A DNA stretch of 64,000 bases from Alphaproteobacteria bacterium (lineage in GTDB: Bacteria; Pseudomonadota; Alphaproteobacteria; UBA828). Numbering within the stretch: position 1 is the stretch's first letter; each line of letters starts with the position of its first letter. Under the pieces are notes generated by a model. It was not told the DNA's origin. It saw only the letters and a list, made by a program, of their open reading frames with translations, and made no database searches. Below are positions 1 to 9,980 of the stretch, one piece after another. Location: the NCBI GenBank assembly GCA_965214705.1, contig CBDCCI010000002.1, forward strand, positions 1,696,001 to 1,760,000, written 5' to 3'. The position numbers and the translations under genes were made by a program.

Positions 1-389
1 AGCTCGTCCGGCGAGGCGTCGTAGTACCTGGCCAGGTTCTTGATCTCGCAGATGTAGGCCTTGGACGTGCTCGCGGCCAGATTGGCGATGCGGAGCTGCT
101 CCTCCATGCGCTGGCGAAGAGGGGTGACGGTGTTCGTGTCGCACGCGGTCCCGGTCATTATCGATCTCCCTGGATCGCGACGGCGCGCCGCCGGACCGAT
201 CCGGCGACGGTCCGTCGCAGGGGTCGATGCTAACCACTGGTGATCGGGAGGCTGCTGGGGATCCGCCACCCGACGGGCGGAGCGCCACTGACGCAACCGG
301 GAAGCGAACGCACAGAACAAACGGCACCCGCGACGCCTCGGAAATGAATGAACTCTACGCCGCTAACTCCGCGTAGCGGCTTCGTTCAA
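1..389 (-). mobile_element. Tyrosine recombinase + IS91-like element, copy 0 (left end only; runs off the window)
   Basis: Reverse complement of 6348-6736. Starts TTGAACGAAGCCGC at 389. Recombinase N-terminus runs from 158 to the window edge. Interrupts the serine recombinase. Confidence 0.95.
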
Positions 390-1433
390 GCTCTGGACCG
401 ATTCCACCATCCGGGGCCAGGTCAAGCGCGGCACCGGGCTGATCAACAACGAGCTCTATATCGGGCGCCTGGTCTGGAACCGGCTGCGCTACGTCAAGAA
501 CCCGGAGACCGGCAAGCGGGTGTCGCGGATCAACCCGCGCGAGGAGTGGATCGTCACCAAGGTTCCCGAGCTCCGTATCGTTGACAATGCACTCGGGCAA
601 GCGGTGAAACAGCGCCAGGAAGAGCTCACCGCGAAATACGCCACCGTCATCGAGGCCACGCGCACCGCGCGTGCCAATCGCCTGAACGGCACCCACCGCC
701 CCCGGCATCTCCTCTCCGGCCTCCTGGAGTGCGGCGCCTGCGGCGGTCCCTATGCCATGCGCGGGCAGGACCGCTACGGCTGCTCCAACCACGTGATGAA
801 CGGGAGCTGCTCGAACAGTCGGGGCATTCGCCGTGTAGAACTCGAGGGCCGCGTCCTGGTCGGTCTCAAGGATCACCTCATGGCGCCCGAGGCCGCGGAC
901 GCAGCGGTGCGCCCTGGGCGGAGGAGACCAACCGGCTCAACCGCGAGCGCAGCGCCTCAAGCGAGGCGGAATGCAAGGAGCTCGTGGACATCGAGAAGAA
1001 GATCGAAGGCATCGTCGACGCCATCCAGGACGGCGCCTACAGCGCCGTACTTAAGGAACGGCTGCACAAGCTTGAAGCTCGAAAGGAGGAGCTGGCGAAA
1101 CGTCTCGCAACGGTTCCTCCCGAGATCCCGGACATCCACCCGAACGTTGCCGGCGTTTATCGCCGCAAGGTGGCCCGTCTCGCGAGCGCCCTCAGCAAGC
1201 CGGAGGAACGCGATGCAGCCGCGGCCGCAATCCGGGGATTGATCGACGGGATCGTGCTGACGCCCGGCGAAAAGCGCGGCGAACTCCAGGTCACGCTGCG
1301 CGGCGAGCTCGGCAAGATACTGGAGTGGACAGGAACCGGGGCCGAAAAGGAAAAGACCGACACGCCCGTCTCGGGAATGCCGGTCTCGGTGGTAGCGGGG
1401 GAGGGACTCGAACCCCCGACCCATGGATTATGA
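390..1433 (+). pseudogene. Large serine recombinase, C-terminal part (recombinase + Zn-ribbon + coiled coil), interrupted at 389/390 and frameshifted near 915
   Basis: WTDSTIRG..LINNELYIGRLVWNR, LLSGLLECGACGGPY..YGC, coiled coil. The last codons (VVAGEGLEPPTHGL) read into the tRNA. Confidence 0.88.
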
Positions 1434-1465
1434 TTCCACTGCTCTACCGACTGAGCTACCCCGCC
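1390..1465 (-). tRNA. tRNA-Met (CAT)
   Basis: GGCGGGGTAGCTCAGTCGGTAGAGCA-GTGGA-ATCATAA-TCCAT..GTTCGAGTCCCTCCCCCGCTACCA; 76 nt with CCA end. Ile2 (lysidine) identity is not formally excluded. Confidence 0.93.
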
Positions 1466-1544
1466 CCAGGAGCCGGAAGCGCATCGCTATACGCAGCGCC
1501 CTCGCCGCCTGTCAAGCACACTGCAGAAAGGGCGCCCTCGGCTA

Positions 1545-2374
1545 GGGCCTGTTCACACTAATTGTGCGAATCGTGTTACCATTCTGGGATGGAGATCACG
1601 GAAGCTCAATACGCGCGCCTTGCCCCGTACCTTCCGGTGCAACGCGGCAACGTCAGGCTGTCGAACCTGCAGGTGCTGAACGCCATCCTCTACGTGGCCG
1701 AGCACGGCTGCAAGTGGCGCGGACTGCCGGCCCGCTTCGGCAACTGGCACACCATTTACATGCGTATGAACCGGTGGTCGAAGAACGGGGTGCTCGACCG
1801 GGTATTCGAGCAACTGCAGCGGGAGCAGATCGTGCGCATCAGGCTCGAGGCCGTGTCGCTGGACAGCACCATCATCAAGGTCCATCCCGACGGGACGGGG
1901 GCGCTAAAAAAAACGGACCCCAGTCGATCGGCAGGTCACGAGGCGGCTGGACCACCAAGCTTCATATGGTTGCCTCGGATGCCCGGACGGCCGTGACCTT
2001 CTCGCTCTCCCCCGGTCAGGCGCACGTCGCGCCGAAGGCGCGCGTATCCGCGCGACGCGCCGGAGGGGCGCAAACTGTTGCGCCGCCTCGGCCGCCAGCG
2101 CGCCAAGCCAGCGCTGGTGATGGATCGCGCCTACGAGGGCGACGAGACGCGCCAACTGGCGCTCGACCTCGGCTTCACACCCGTGGTTCCGCCGCTCAAG
2201 ACCCGGCGTGACCCCTGGCTATACGACCGGGAGATGTACAAGCGGCGCAACGAGATCGAGCGCCTGTTCAGAAGACTGAAGGGCGTCCGGCGCATCTTCT
2301 CCCGCTTCGAGAAACTCGATGCCCTGTTCCTCGGCTTCGTCCACTTCACACTCATCTACGATGCCCTGCGTTAA
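1545..2374 (+). mobile_element. IS5-family (IS427-like, two-ORF) element, damaged, right end lost
   Basis: ORF A from 1589 (VLNAILYVAEHGCKWRGLPARFGNWHTIY), A8 slippery run 1906-1913, ORF B DRAY..YKRRNEIERLF. A ~28-bp palindromic insert near 2026-2053 breaks the frame. Confidence 0.85.
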
Positions 2375-3576
2375 GGAAGGTCTGATCAAGTCGGGTGTGC
2401 CATGATTTTCGTAGGAGTCGCGGATTGGATGATCGGGCCATGGCACAGGCAAGCTTTGCGGAACTGGAGCACGAGATGAAGAAGCGCCGGACGCGGCGCG
2501 AGCTGTTCCTTGAGAAGATGGACAAGCTGGTTCCGTGGGAGCGGCTGGAGCGACGGATCGAGCCGTTCTATCCGAAGGCGGGGCGCGGTCGGCGCCCGTA
2601 CCCGCTTGGGGTGATGCTGCGGGTTCACTGCGTGCAGTTGTTCTACAACCTGAGCGACCCTGGGATGGAGGACCTGCTCTACGAGGTGGAGTCGGTGAGG
2701 CGTTTCGTGGGGCTGCGCCTGACGGAGGCGCTGCCCGACGAGACCACCATCCTGAACTTCCGGCATCTGCTGGAGAGGCACGATCTGGGCGCGGGTCTGT
2801 TCGAGGAGATCAATGCGCACCTGGCGTCGCGCGGCCATCGGCTGCGCACGGGGACGATCGTTGGCGCGAGCATCATCGAGGCGCCGTCGTCGACGAAGAA
2901 CCGGCGCCGCGCACGGGACCCTGAGATGCGTCAGACGAAGAAGGGCAAGCAGTGGTATTTCGGGATGAAGGCGCACATCGGGGTGGACGCCGGGTCGGGT
3001 CTGGCGCACAGCGTGGTGACGACGGCGGCCAACGCAAGCGACGTGACGCAGGCGGGAGCGCTGCTGCATGGCGCTGAGACGACGGCGTGGGGCGACGCGG
3101 GCTACCAGGGGGTGGAGAAGCGGCCTGAGCACCGGGATGGCGGTGTCAAGTGGCGTGTGGCGATGAAGCCGGGGCGGCGCCGGCTGCTGGGCGAGGGCGG
3201 CGCCGAAGCGGCGGCGGAGACGCGCAAGGCGTCGGTGCGGGCGAAAGTGGAGCATCCGTTCCTGTATGTGAAGCGGCACTTCGGCTACGCCAAGGTGCGC
3301 TACCGGGGCGTGGCGAAGAACAGGCAGCGCATCGCGTTGCTACTGGGGTTCTCGAACCTGCTGATCGCCGGCCGCTACGCGACGCAATGACAGGGGAGCA
3401 GTCTGCCCGGCGCGGCCGGGACGGCGGCAAATGCCGCTGATCGACACGGATATCGCCCGCTCGCAACGCATCCCGTGGCAAAAGTAGCCGCCGGCCTGTC
3501 GAGAATATCGTCGAGCTTCAAATCCAAGCCCCCTCTCCCCCTCGAAGCCGCCAAGATGGGGTTGTTCAGACTTTCC
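2375..3576 (+). mobile_element. IS5-family (IS5 subgroup) element, 1,202 bp, transposase 2440-3390
   Basis: Ends GGAAGGTCTGATCAA / TTGTTCAGACTTTCC; WYFGMKAHIGVD, GDAGY, RAKVEHPF. First catalytic Asp appears mutated (IVGASII versus IVDASII in the second copy). Flanks TTAA/CTAG do not match. Confidence 0.93.
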
Positions 3577-3577
3577 C

Positions 3578-4193
3578 TAGAGCACTATCCGATCAGACAC
3601 GGTCATATCCTGTAGCAGCGAAGTAGTTTTGGCACTCGGCGGGTGTGAAGGTGTCTGTGGCTTGGCCGATGGCGTCCCAGAGTTCCGGGACGGTGCGGGC
3701 GGCGCGTCGCTTGAGGTAGGCCTTGAACTTGGAGAAGGCCATCTCGATCGGGTTGAAGTCGGGTGAGTAGGGCGGCAGGAAGCGCAGCTCGGCCCCGGCC
3801 CTTTGGATAGCCTCTCGGGCGGCGGCACTTCGGTGGGCGGGAAGGTTGTCCATCACCACGATGTCGCCGGGTTTGAGGATGGGCACCAGCACCTTGTCTA
3901 CGTAGGCGAGGAAGGCGGCGCCGTGCATGGCGCCGTCGAGCACCATGGGCGCGGTCATTCCGCTCAGCCTCAGCGCGCCGACGAAGGTCGTGGTCTTCCA
4001 ATGGCCATGAGGCACCGGAGCGCGGCAGCGGTGTCCGCGCAAAGCTCGGCCTGAGCGCCGCGCCATTTTGGTGGAAGCACCGGTCTCATCCACGAAGACC
4101 AGCTTCTCAGGGTCGAGCCCGGGCTGGGCTTCGACCCAGGCGCGCCTGCGCCTGAGCACGTCAGCGCGTTGCTGCTCGCTGGCGTGCGCCGTT
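3578..4193 (-). pseudogene. IS630-family transposase, C-terminal (DDE) half
   Basis: [28 protein letters not shown]. Cut off at the A-run frameshift site by the IS110 remnant. Confidence 0.9.
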
Positions 4194-4894
4194 TTGCCGT
4201 GAAAGTTTCTTCGGGACGGGCACGAGTAGGGGAATTACGACGAGGCGTCGCGTTGTCGGCGTGAGGCCGCGCTCGCGGTGCTTGGAGACGCGGTCGGACT
4301 TCGGGCTGCCCTGGATTGTGGCCCGGTGCCGACCGTGCTCCGACCAGGTAATGCTTCAGGCGGTCGCGGCCATGGCAGTTGGGATACGACCGGGCTCGAG
4401 CAAGCCGTGCCGGCGGAGCATGCGGATCCAGCGCGGGGCATTTCGCCTGACCATGAGGGCTTCGTAGTCGGCTTCCGGATCGTAGTAAGGCTTGGCGTCG
4501 CGCAACACGACGTAGAGGACCCGCAGCATCTTGTGCGCGGTGGCGACGATGGCCCGCTTGTAACCGCGTCGGATCATGAGAGCCTTGTGGTAGCCGCGGA
4601 ACTGGCAGCCATGGGTTCGCGCCGCGCCATGAGCGCATTCGACGAGCACGGCGCGCAGGGTCTTGCTGCCCATGCGTGTGCGGGCGGCACGGCGCTTTCC
4701 GGCGCTTTGGCTGTTGCCGGGACAGAGACCGGCCCATGCGGCAAGCCGATCAGTGGAGCCGAAGGCGTCGAGGTCGGGGCCGATCTCGGCGAGGATGGCG
4801 CAGGCCGAGGCCCGGTCGATCCCGGGGATGGTCTGGAGAAGCAGGATGCGGTCCTCCCAGGGCACGAAGCCATCGTCGATGGCCCGGTCGAACC
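4194..4894 (-). pseudogene. IS110-family transposase, C-terminal remnant plus right end
   Basis: LLQTIPGID..ILAEIG..LAAWAGLCPGNSQSAGK..AIVATAHKML (stop at 4356). 5' part removed at the IS4 end. Confidence 0.9.
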
Positions 4895-6153
4895 CATTGC
4901 TGTCCGGTTTAGATTTTGGCGAAGGGGATTTGGAGCTGGTCATGGGCTTGCGGTGTGTCAGGCGGTGGTTCGAAGAGGTCGGTGAGGGCCCGGCGTTGGA
5001 AGGTCGTCTTGGCGACGAGGCGGGCGATGGCCTGGAGGCCGAGCCCGGTTCCGGTTCCGATCTGCGCCAGCCGCAGCAGCAGGTAGGCGATCAGCGCGGT
5101 GACGATCTGGATGCGCACGGCATTTTCGCTGGTGCCGAGGAAGTGTCTGATCTTGAGGTTCTGCTTGATCCACTTGAAGAACAGCTCGACCTGCCAGCGC
5201 TGCTTGTAGAGCGCCGCGATCTCTTCGGCCGGGGCATTGAGGTCGTTGCTGACCAGCGTGATCTCCCTGCCGCTGTCGATGCGCACGTCGACCAGACGCA
5301 CCGGCTTGTCGAAGGGGTTCTTGCGGCTCGCCGCCAGGCGCTTCGACAGCAAGGCGACGCGGTCGGCCACGACCGGGCCGTCCGGCTTGACCGGGCGGGT
5401 CTCGATCAGGCTTGTGGGCGAGTTCTTCTTCAGGCGGGTGACGAAGCGGCTCCCCTTGGCGTCGATGTCTGCCCAGAAGGTGAAGTCGTAATAGCCTCTG
5501 TCGAAGACGTAAGTCGCGCCGGGCTCGATGGGGAGGCGCTTGGCCGGCGTGATGTCGTTGACCCTGGCCGAGGTCACGGCAAAGCAGACAGGCGCATCTG
5601 CGTCCGGGTCGTAGACCACGTGCAGCTTGACGGCACCGTCGGCCTCCCAGCTCTCGATCCGCTTGCCAACCAGGACCCGGGTCGCATCGACGAGGCGCAG
5701 CATCTCCCGCCCGCGCTGGCCCGCAGATGCGCCCAGCCGGGCGACCAGGGCTTCCAGCACGTCCTCGAACAGGGCCGCCGGACGTACCCGGTTGGCATCC
5801 GCGAGCGTAGACCGCCGCACCGGCGCCAGACCCAGATGGGCGTGGACGCCCGGAAAGCGTTCCAGCGCACCGACCGCCTCGCGCAAGGAGCGCGAGCCCG
5901 ACAGCTGGGCGAACACCATCGCCTGGAACTGGCTCCACGACGAAAGGCGCCGGACCCGGTAGTCCGCTCCGTGGCGCTCTGCCAGCTTGTCGAAGCGCCA
6001 GCGCGGAAACGCCTTCATCAGTTCGCCGAAAACCGTATCCTGGTAGGGCATGGCTTGGGCTCCATTGCGAGCTTCGATTCAACAGGTCTTGCAAAAACCA
6101 AGTTGAATCCAAGCCATGCACCTTGTCTACCCAAGCTAAACCGGACAGCAGTG
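4895..6153 (-). mobile_element. IS4-family element, transposase 4909-6051
   Basis: IRs CATTGCTGTCCGGTTTAG / CTAAACCGGACAGCAGTG; FDRGYYD and YKQRWQVELFFKWIKQNL (YREK) motifs. No matching TSD. Confidence 0.93.
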
Positions 6154-6229
6154 ATCACCGGCCAAGAATGACGTGTAATTCGACAAGAGTGACTGATGTG
6201 CAGATAACGGCGCCAAACGACTGGGAGTA

Positions 6230-6331
6230 TTGCGCGAACCTATCACCGGCGGGAGGGGCGCGTCCTTCGGTAGGCGTGATCGACGCAAGAAGCGGAACTG
6301 GGTGGCCGGGAGCGTTGCGCGAACCCATCAC
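6230..6331. repeat. 17-bp direct repeat TTGCGCGAACCYATCAC x2
   Basis: 6230-6246 and 6315-6331, one mismatch. Confidence 0.7.
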
Positions 6332-6578
6332 TGTCGTGGCTTGTTTCTTGAACGAAGCCGCTACGCGGAGTTAGCGGCGTAGAGTTCATTCATTTCCGAG
6401 GCGTCGCGGGTGCCGTTTGTTCTGTGCGTTCGCTTCCCGGTTGCGTCAGTGGCGCTCCGCCCGTCGGGTGGCGGATCCCCAGCAGCCTCCCGATCACCAG
6501 TGGTTAGCATCGACCCCTGCGACGGACCGTCGCCGGATCGGTCCGGCGGCGCGCCGTCGCGATCCAGGGAGATCGATA

Positions 6579-7457
6579 ATGACCGGGACCGCGTGCGACA
6601 CGAACACCGTCACCCCTCTTCGCCAGCGCATGGAGGAGCAGCTCCGCATCGCCAATCTGGCCGCGAGCACGTCCAAGGCCTACATCTGCGAGATCAAGAA
6701 CCTGGCCAGGTACTACGACGCCTCGCCGGACGAGCTCGACGCCGAGCAGGTGCGCCAGTGGTACCTGGGGCGGATCGACAAGGGGCTCAGTCCGGGCACG
6801 ACCAACGTCTCCTTCGCCGCGCTGAACTTCCTCTACATCGACACACTCGGCTGGCCTGACCATGTCGCCGGCCTGCGCTCCCGCAAGAAGCCCGGCAAGC
6901 TGCCGCGCTACATGTCGGAGCAGGAGGTCGAGCACCTCATCCTTGCGACACCCGACCTCCGCCACCGTGCTGCCATTGTCACCGGCTATGGCGGCGGGCT
7001 CCGCATCTCCGAGACCTTGGCCATCAAGGTCGGCGACATCCTGTCGGAGAAGAAGCTGCTGCACATCCCCTCCGGCAAAGGCGGCACCGAGAGAATGGCA
7101 CCGTTGCCGGACATCGTCATCCACTACTTGCGCGTCTACTACAGGAACATCTGGCCGCGTCCGACGAGCTGGCTCTTCTACGGCGTCTCGCTCGACAGGC
7201 CCATCGCAACGGAGACCTTGCAGGCCGCCTTCAGGAGGGCGCGCGACATTGCCGAGCTCGACCGCAGCTACACCTTCCATTGCCTGCGCCATTCGGCGGC
7301 GACCCATCTCCTCGAGCGCGGCGGCGATATCGAGGTGATCCGGGACATGCTCGGCCATCGAAGCGCGAACACGACCCGTCACTACGCCCGCGTCACCGGC
7401 AAGATGTTCGAGGGCCTCGACCACCCGATCTCAGGCTTCGCAGCGTTGCGCAACTGA
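6579..7457 (+). CDS. Tyrosine recombinase (N-terminal SAM-like domain + phage-integrase catalytic domain)
   Basis: GLRISE, SGKGG, HCLRHSAATHLLE, MLGH, TTRHY (R-K-H-R-H-Y). ATG preceded by AGGGAG. Confidence 0.95.
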   Translation: MTGTACDTNTVTPLRQRMEEQLRIANLAASTSKAYICEIKNLARYYDASPDELDAEQVRQWYLGRIDKGLSPGTTNVSFAALNFLYIDTLGWPDHVAGLRSRKKPGKLPRYMSEQEVEHLILATPDLRHRAAIVTGYGGGLRISETLAIKVGDILSEKKLLHIPSGKGGTERMAPLPDIVIHYLRVYYRNIWPRPTSWLFYGVSLDRPIATETLQAAFRRARDIAELDRSYTFHCLRHSAATHLLERGGDIEVIRDMLGHRSANTTRHYARVTGKMFEGLDHPISGFAALRN

Positions 7458-7463
7458 CGGCGC

Positions 7464-8705
7464 GTGGAGGCCGAACGCGCGGGCGTGGCGGAGATCTTCC
7501 GCCGCGCCGGCGCCGCTTTCCGTGAGCGCCACAAAGGGCGCATCGACGCCGCCCGGCTCAAGGTCATGGGCGCCATCGAGGCGTGCCGCACCGCCGTGCT
7601 CGGCGGCCACATGTACGCCTGCGAGGGCTGCGGGCGCGAGCATCCGCTCTTCAACTCCTGCCGCAACCGCCACTGCCCCACCTGCCAGGGTCTCGCCGCC
7701 AACCTCTGGAGCGAGGAGCGCGCCGGGGACATCCTGCCGGTGCCCTACTTCCATGTGGTCTTCACCCTGCCCAAGGAGGTTGCCGCCATTGCCTTCTGCA
7801 ACCGCAGGGTGGTGTTCGACATCCTCTTCCGGGCCGTCGCCGAGACCCTGCGCACCATCGCCGCCGATCCCCGCCACGGCGGCATGCGCATCGGCGGCAC
7901 CGCGGTCCTCCATACCTGGGATCAGAAGCTCCGCTTCCACCCGCACCTGCACGTGGTCGTGCCCAACGCGGGCTTCGACGTAGACAGTGGCGAGTGGAAG
8001 ACGGGGAGCACCACCTTCCTCGCCCCCGTCAAGGTCCTCGGCAGCCTGTTCCGCCGCCTCTTCCTCGAGGAGCTCGCCCGCGCCCACGGCCGGGGGGACC
8101 TGGAGTTCCACGGCACCCTCGCCCACCTCGCCAATCCCGGCGAGTTCCACGCCACGCTTGCCGCCGCCCGGGCCAGGGACTGGGTGGTCTACGCCAAGCG
8201 GCCCTTCCGCGGGCCTGAGCAGGTCTTCCGGTACCTCTCGCACTACACGCACAGGATCGCCATCTCCGACAGCCGCATCGTCTCCTTCGACGGCGAGACG
8301 GTCTCCTTCCGCCACCGAAAGCCCAAGGCGCCGGGGCAGAGAAAGCCGCGCTACGGCATCGCCACCGTGAGCGCCGACGAGTTCATCCGCCGCTTCCTGA
8401 GGCACGTCCTGCCGGACGGCATGCACCGCATTCGCTACTTCGGCATCCTCGCCAACGGCTGCCGCGCCAGCACGCTGGAGAGAGCACGCCAGGCTCTCGG
8501 CGCCCTCGGCTGCGCCGCCCCCGAGGGAAGCGTGGACGGCGCTCGGGCCGAGCCCGACGAAGAGCCCGAGATCGGCACCGCGCCCGTGGCCTGCCCCCAC
8601 TGCGGCGGCGTCATGCGCCTCGTCCGCGAAATCCGCCGCCGCCATGAGCCCCGCTCGACGCGCGGCCCGCCGGCGCTGCCGCCGACCCACAGGGGGAAAC
8701 CGTGA
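7464..8705 (+). CDS. IS91-family Y2/HUH transposase
   Basis: Zn-binding CEGC..NSCRNRHCPTC, YFHVVFTLP, HUH motif HPHLH, YLSHY (YxxxY), HRIRYFG, C-terminal CPHC. Confidence 0.95.
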   Translation: MEAERAGVAEIFRRAGAAFRERHKGRIDAARLKVMGAIEACRTAVLGGHMYACEGCGREHPLFNSCRNRHCPTCQGLAANLWSEERAGDILPVPYFHVVFTLPKEVAAIAFCNRRVVFDILFRAVAETLRTIAADPRHGGMRIGGTAVLHTWDQKLRFHPHLHVVVPNAGFDVDSGEWKTGSTTFLAPVKVLGSLFRRLFLEELARAHGRGDLEFHGTLAHLANPGEFHATLAAARARDWVVYAKRPFRGPEQVFRYLSHYTHRIAISDSRIVSFDGETVSFRHRKPKAPGQRKPRYGIATVSADEFIRRFLRHVLPDGMHRIRYFGILANGCRASTLERARQALGALGCAAPEGSVDGARAEPDEEPEIGTAPVACPHCGGVMRLVREIRRRHEPRSTRGPPALPPTHRGKP

Positions 8706-9055
8706 GACGCCCGCTCGCTTCGGCCCCGCGCAACGGCGCCAAAGCGCCGACGCACGACCGAACCTGTCTCCGCTTGAGCCGGGCTGACAGCCCTCGGCTC
8801 ACACCCCGCTCAGTCCTCGCAGCGTGCGCCCGCATGCCTGCCGAAAGACCGGCGCGAGCGTCGATTTTATGCGCAACTCTGCTGCCGGTGGATGCCGCCT
8901 GACGCTGACATCAGCGCACTTTCCACATAGCTCAACTTCGCCTCTCGTGGCCCGCGGCTTCGTTCAAAAGGGTTGGGCAGGCTCTCGAGAGAGAGCCTGC
9001 CCAACCCTTAACCTTGTGGCTTATGGGTTGTTTCGCGATGGATGTTCTTTTGGTC

Positions 9056-9136
9056 CTCTATCTGCGTCAATATGCTCTATCTGCATCAATATGCGCCCAA
9101 CAACGCCAAACTGCGCCAATCGACGTCAAACTGCGC
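9056..9136. repeat. 19-bp tandem repeat x2 followed by 14-bp repeat x2
   Basis: CTCTATCTGCRTCAATATG at 9056-9074 and 9075-9093; ACGYCAAACTGCGC at 9103-9116 and 9123-9136. Confidence 0.75.
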
Positions 9137-9728
9137 TCGGCGTGGCGCGCGCCGGAACGGGCCACGGCAGCCCCGCGCGCTCGGCGAAGCGCCGCGCCAT
9201 GCCCCGCGCCGTGCGGTCGCTCGCGTAGCCGAGCCTGCGCGCGATCAGCGGCCACGGCTCGCCGCGCTCCCGACGCTTGTACGCCAGCCGCGCACGGGGA
9301 ATCGTGCCGCCGTCTGCCAGCCGCGCCCGATAGCGTCTCGCCATCTTGCGGGCGGTGGCAGCGTTCGCGTAGCCACAGGAGCGCGCGACATGCGACCACG
9401 ACAGCCCCCGCTGTCTCAGCCAATTCGCCTGCCGGGCGCGAGCCATGTCGGTCGGCCCCCGTGGCGTCCGCCGCCGCAGCCGCTCCCGGTGCTCCACGAG
9501 CCACGAGACGCGGGGATCGCCGGCGTCGGCCGCGCGCAGCGCCAGCCGCTTCACTTGCCAGACGCTCAACCCCGCTGCGCGCGCCGCCGGCGCCCACAGG
9601 GAGGGCGGCAGCACGACCCCGTCCGGTGGCTCGGTCTTGGCGAGCCAACCCAGCGCGCCATGCTCGCGTGACCCCACGCGGGGCGGGAACCAAGTTGCAG
9701 TCTGTCCATCCGTCTGGCCAGCCATCAA
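9126..9728 (-). CDS. Hypothetical basic protein with two tandem HTH-like repeats
   Basis: Internal repeat RARQANWLRQRGLSWSHVARSCGYANAATARKMARRY / RARLAYKRRERGEPWPLIARRLGYASDRTARGMARRF. Start uncertain. Confidence 0.6.
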   Translation of the reverse strand: MMAGQTDGQTATWFPPRVGSREHGALGWLAKTEPPDGVVLPPSLWAPAARAAGLSVWQVKRLALRAADAGDPRVSWLVEHRERLRRRTPRGPTDMARARQANWLRQRGLSWSHVARSCGYANAATARKMARRYRARLADGGTIPRARLAYKRRERGEPWPLIARRLGYASDRTARGMARRFAERAGLPWPVPARATPSAV

Positions 9729-9980
9729 GAATCCCCCCTCGGCTGCTCACTTCGCCGAATGTTGCATACCCCGCAGGGTGCCGATTCGCCAGATGCGTGT
9801 GGGGATCGTGCGGGGATCGCCTCGACGACTGAAACCCTTGAAATCGCTGGTGTTTGGTATGCCGCGCAGTCGATCGCGCAGGGTTCGCCGATCAGTTGGC
9901 CGCGCTGTCGTGTGTGTGGCCCCGTTCACCTCCCAAAACGGGCTGTTGGAGCGCTGTCCGGCTGTGTTGCAGTCCCCTAA

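Larger units (their letters stand above)
6348..9013 (+). mobile_element. Tyrosine recombinase + IS91-like HUH transposase element, copy 1 (intact, 2,666 bp)
   Basis: Ends TTGAACGAAGCCGC...CCCTTAACC defined by comparing six copies. Subterminal 14-bp IR at 8954-8967 and 19-bp hairpin at 8968-9009. Confidence 0.95.

Noticed and set aside
8968-9013. Integron attC site with IntI
   Set aside because: GTTGGGC and GCCCAAC are in the opposite order to attC, there is no cassette array, and no IntI-specific insertion is apparent in the recombinase. Kept only as a mechanistic analogy.
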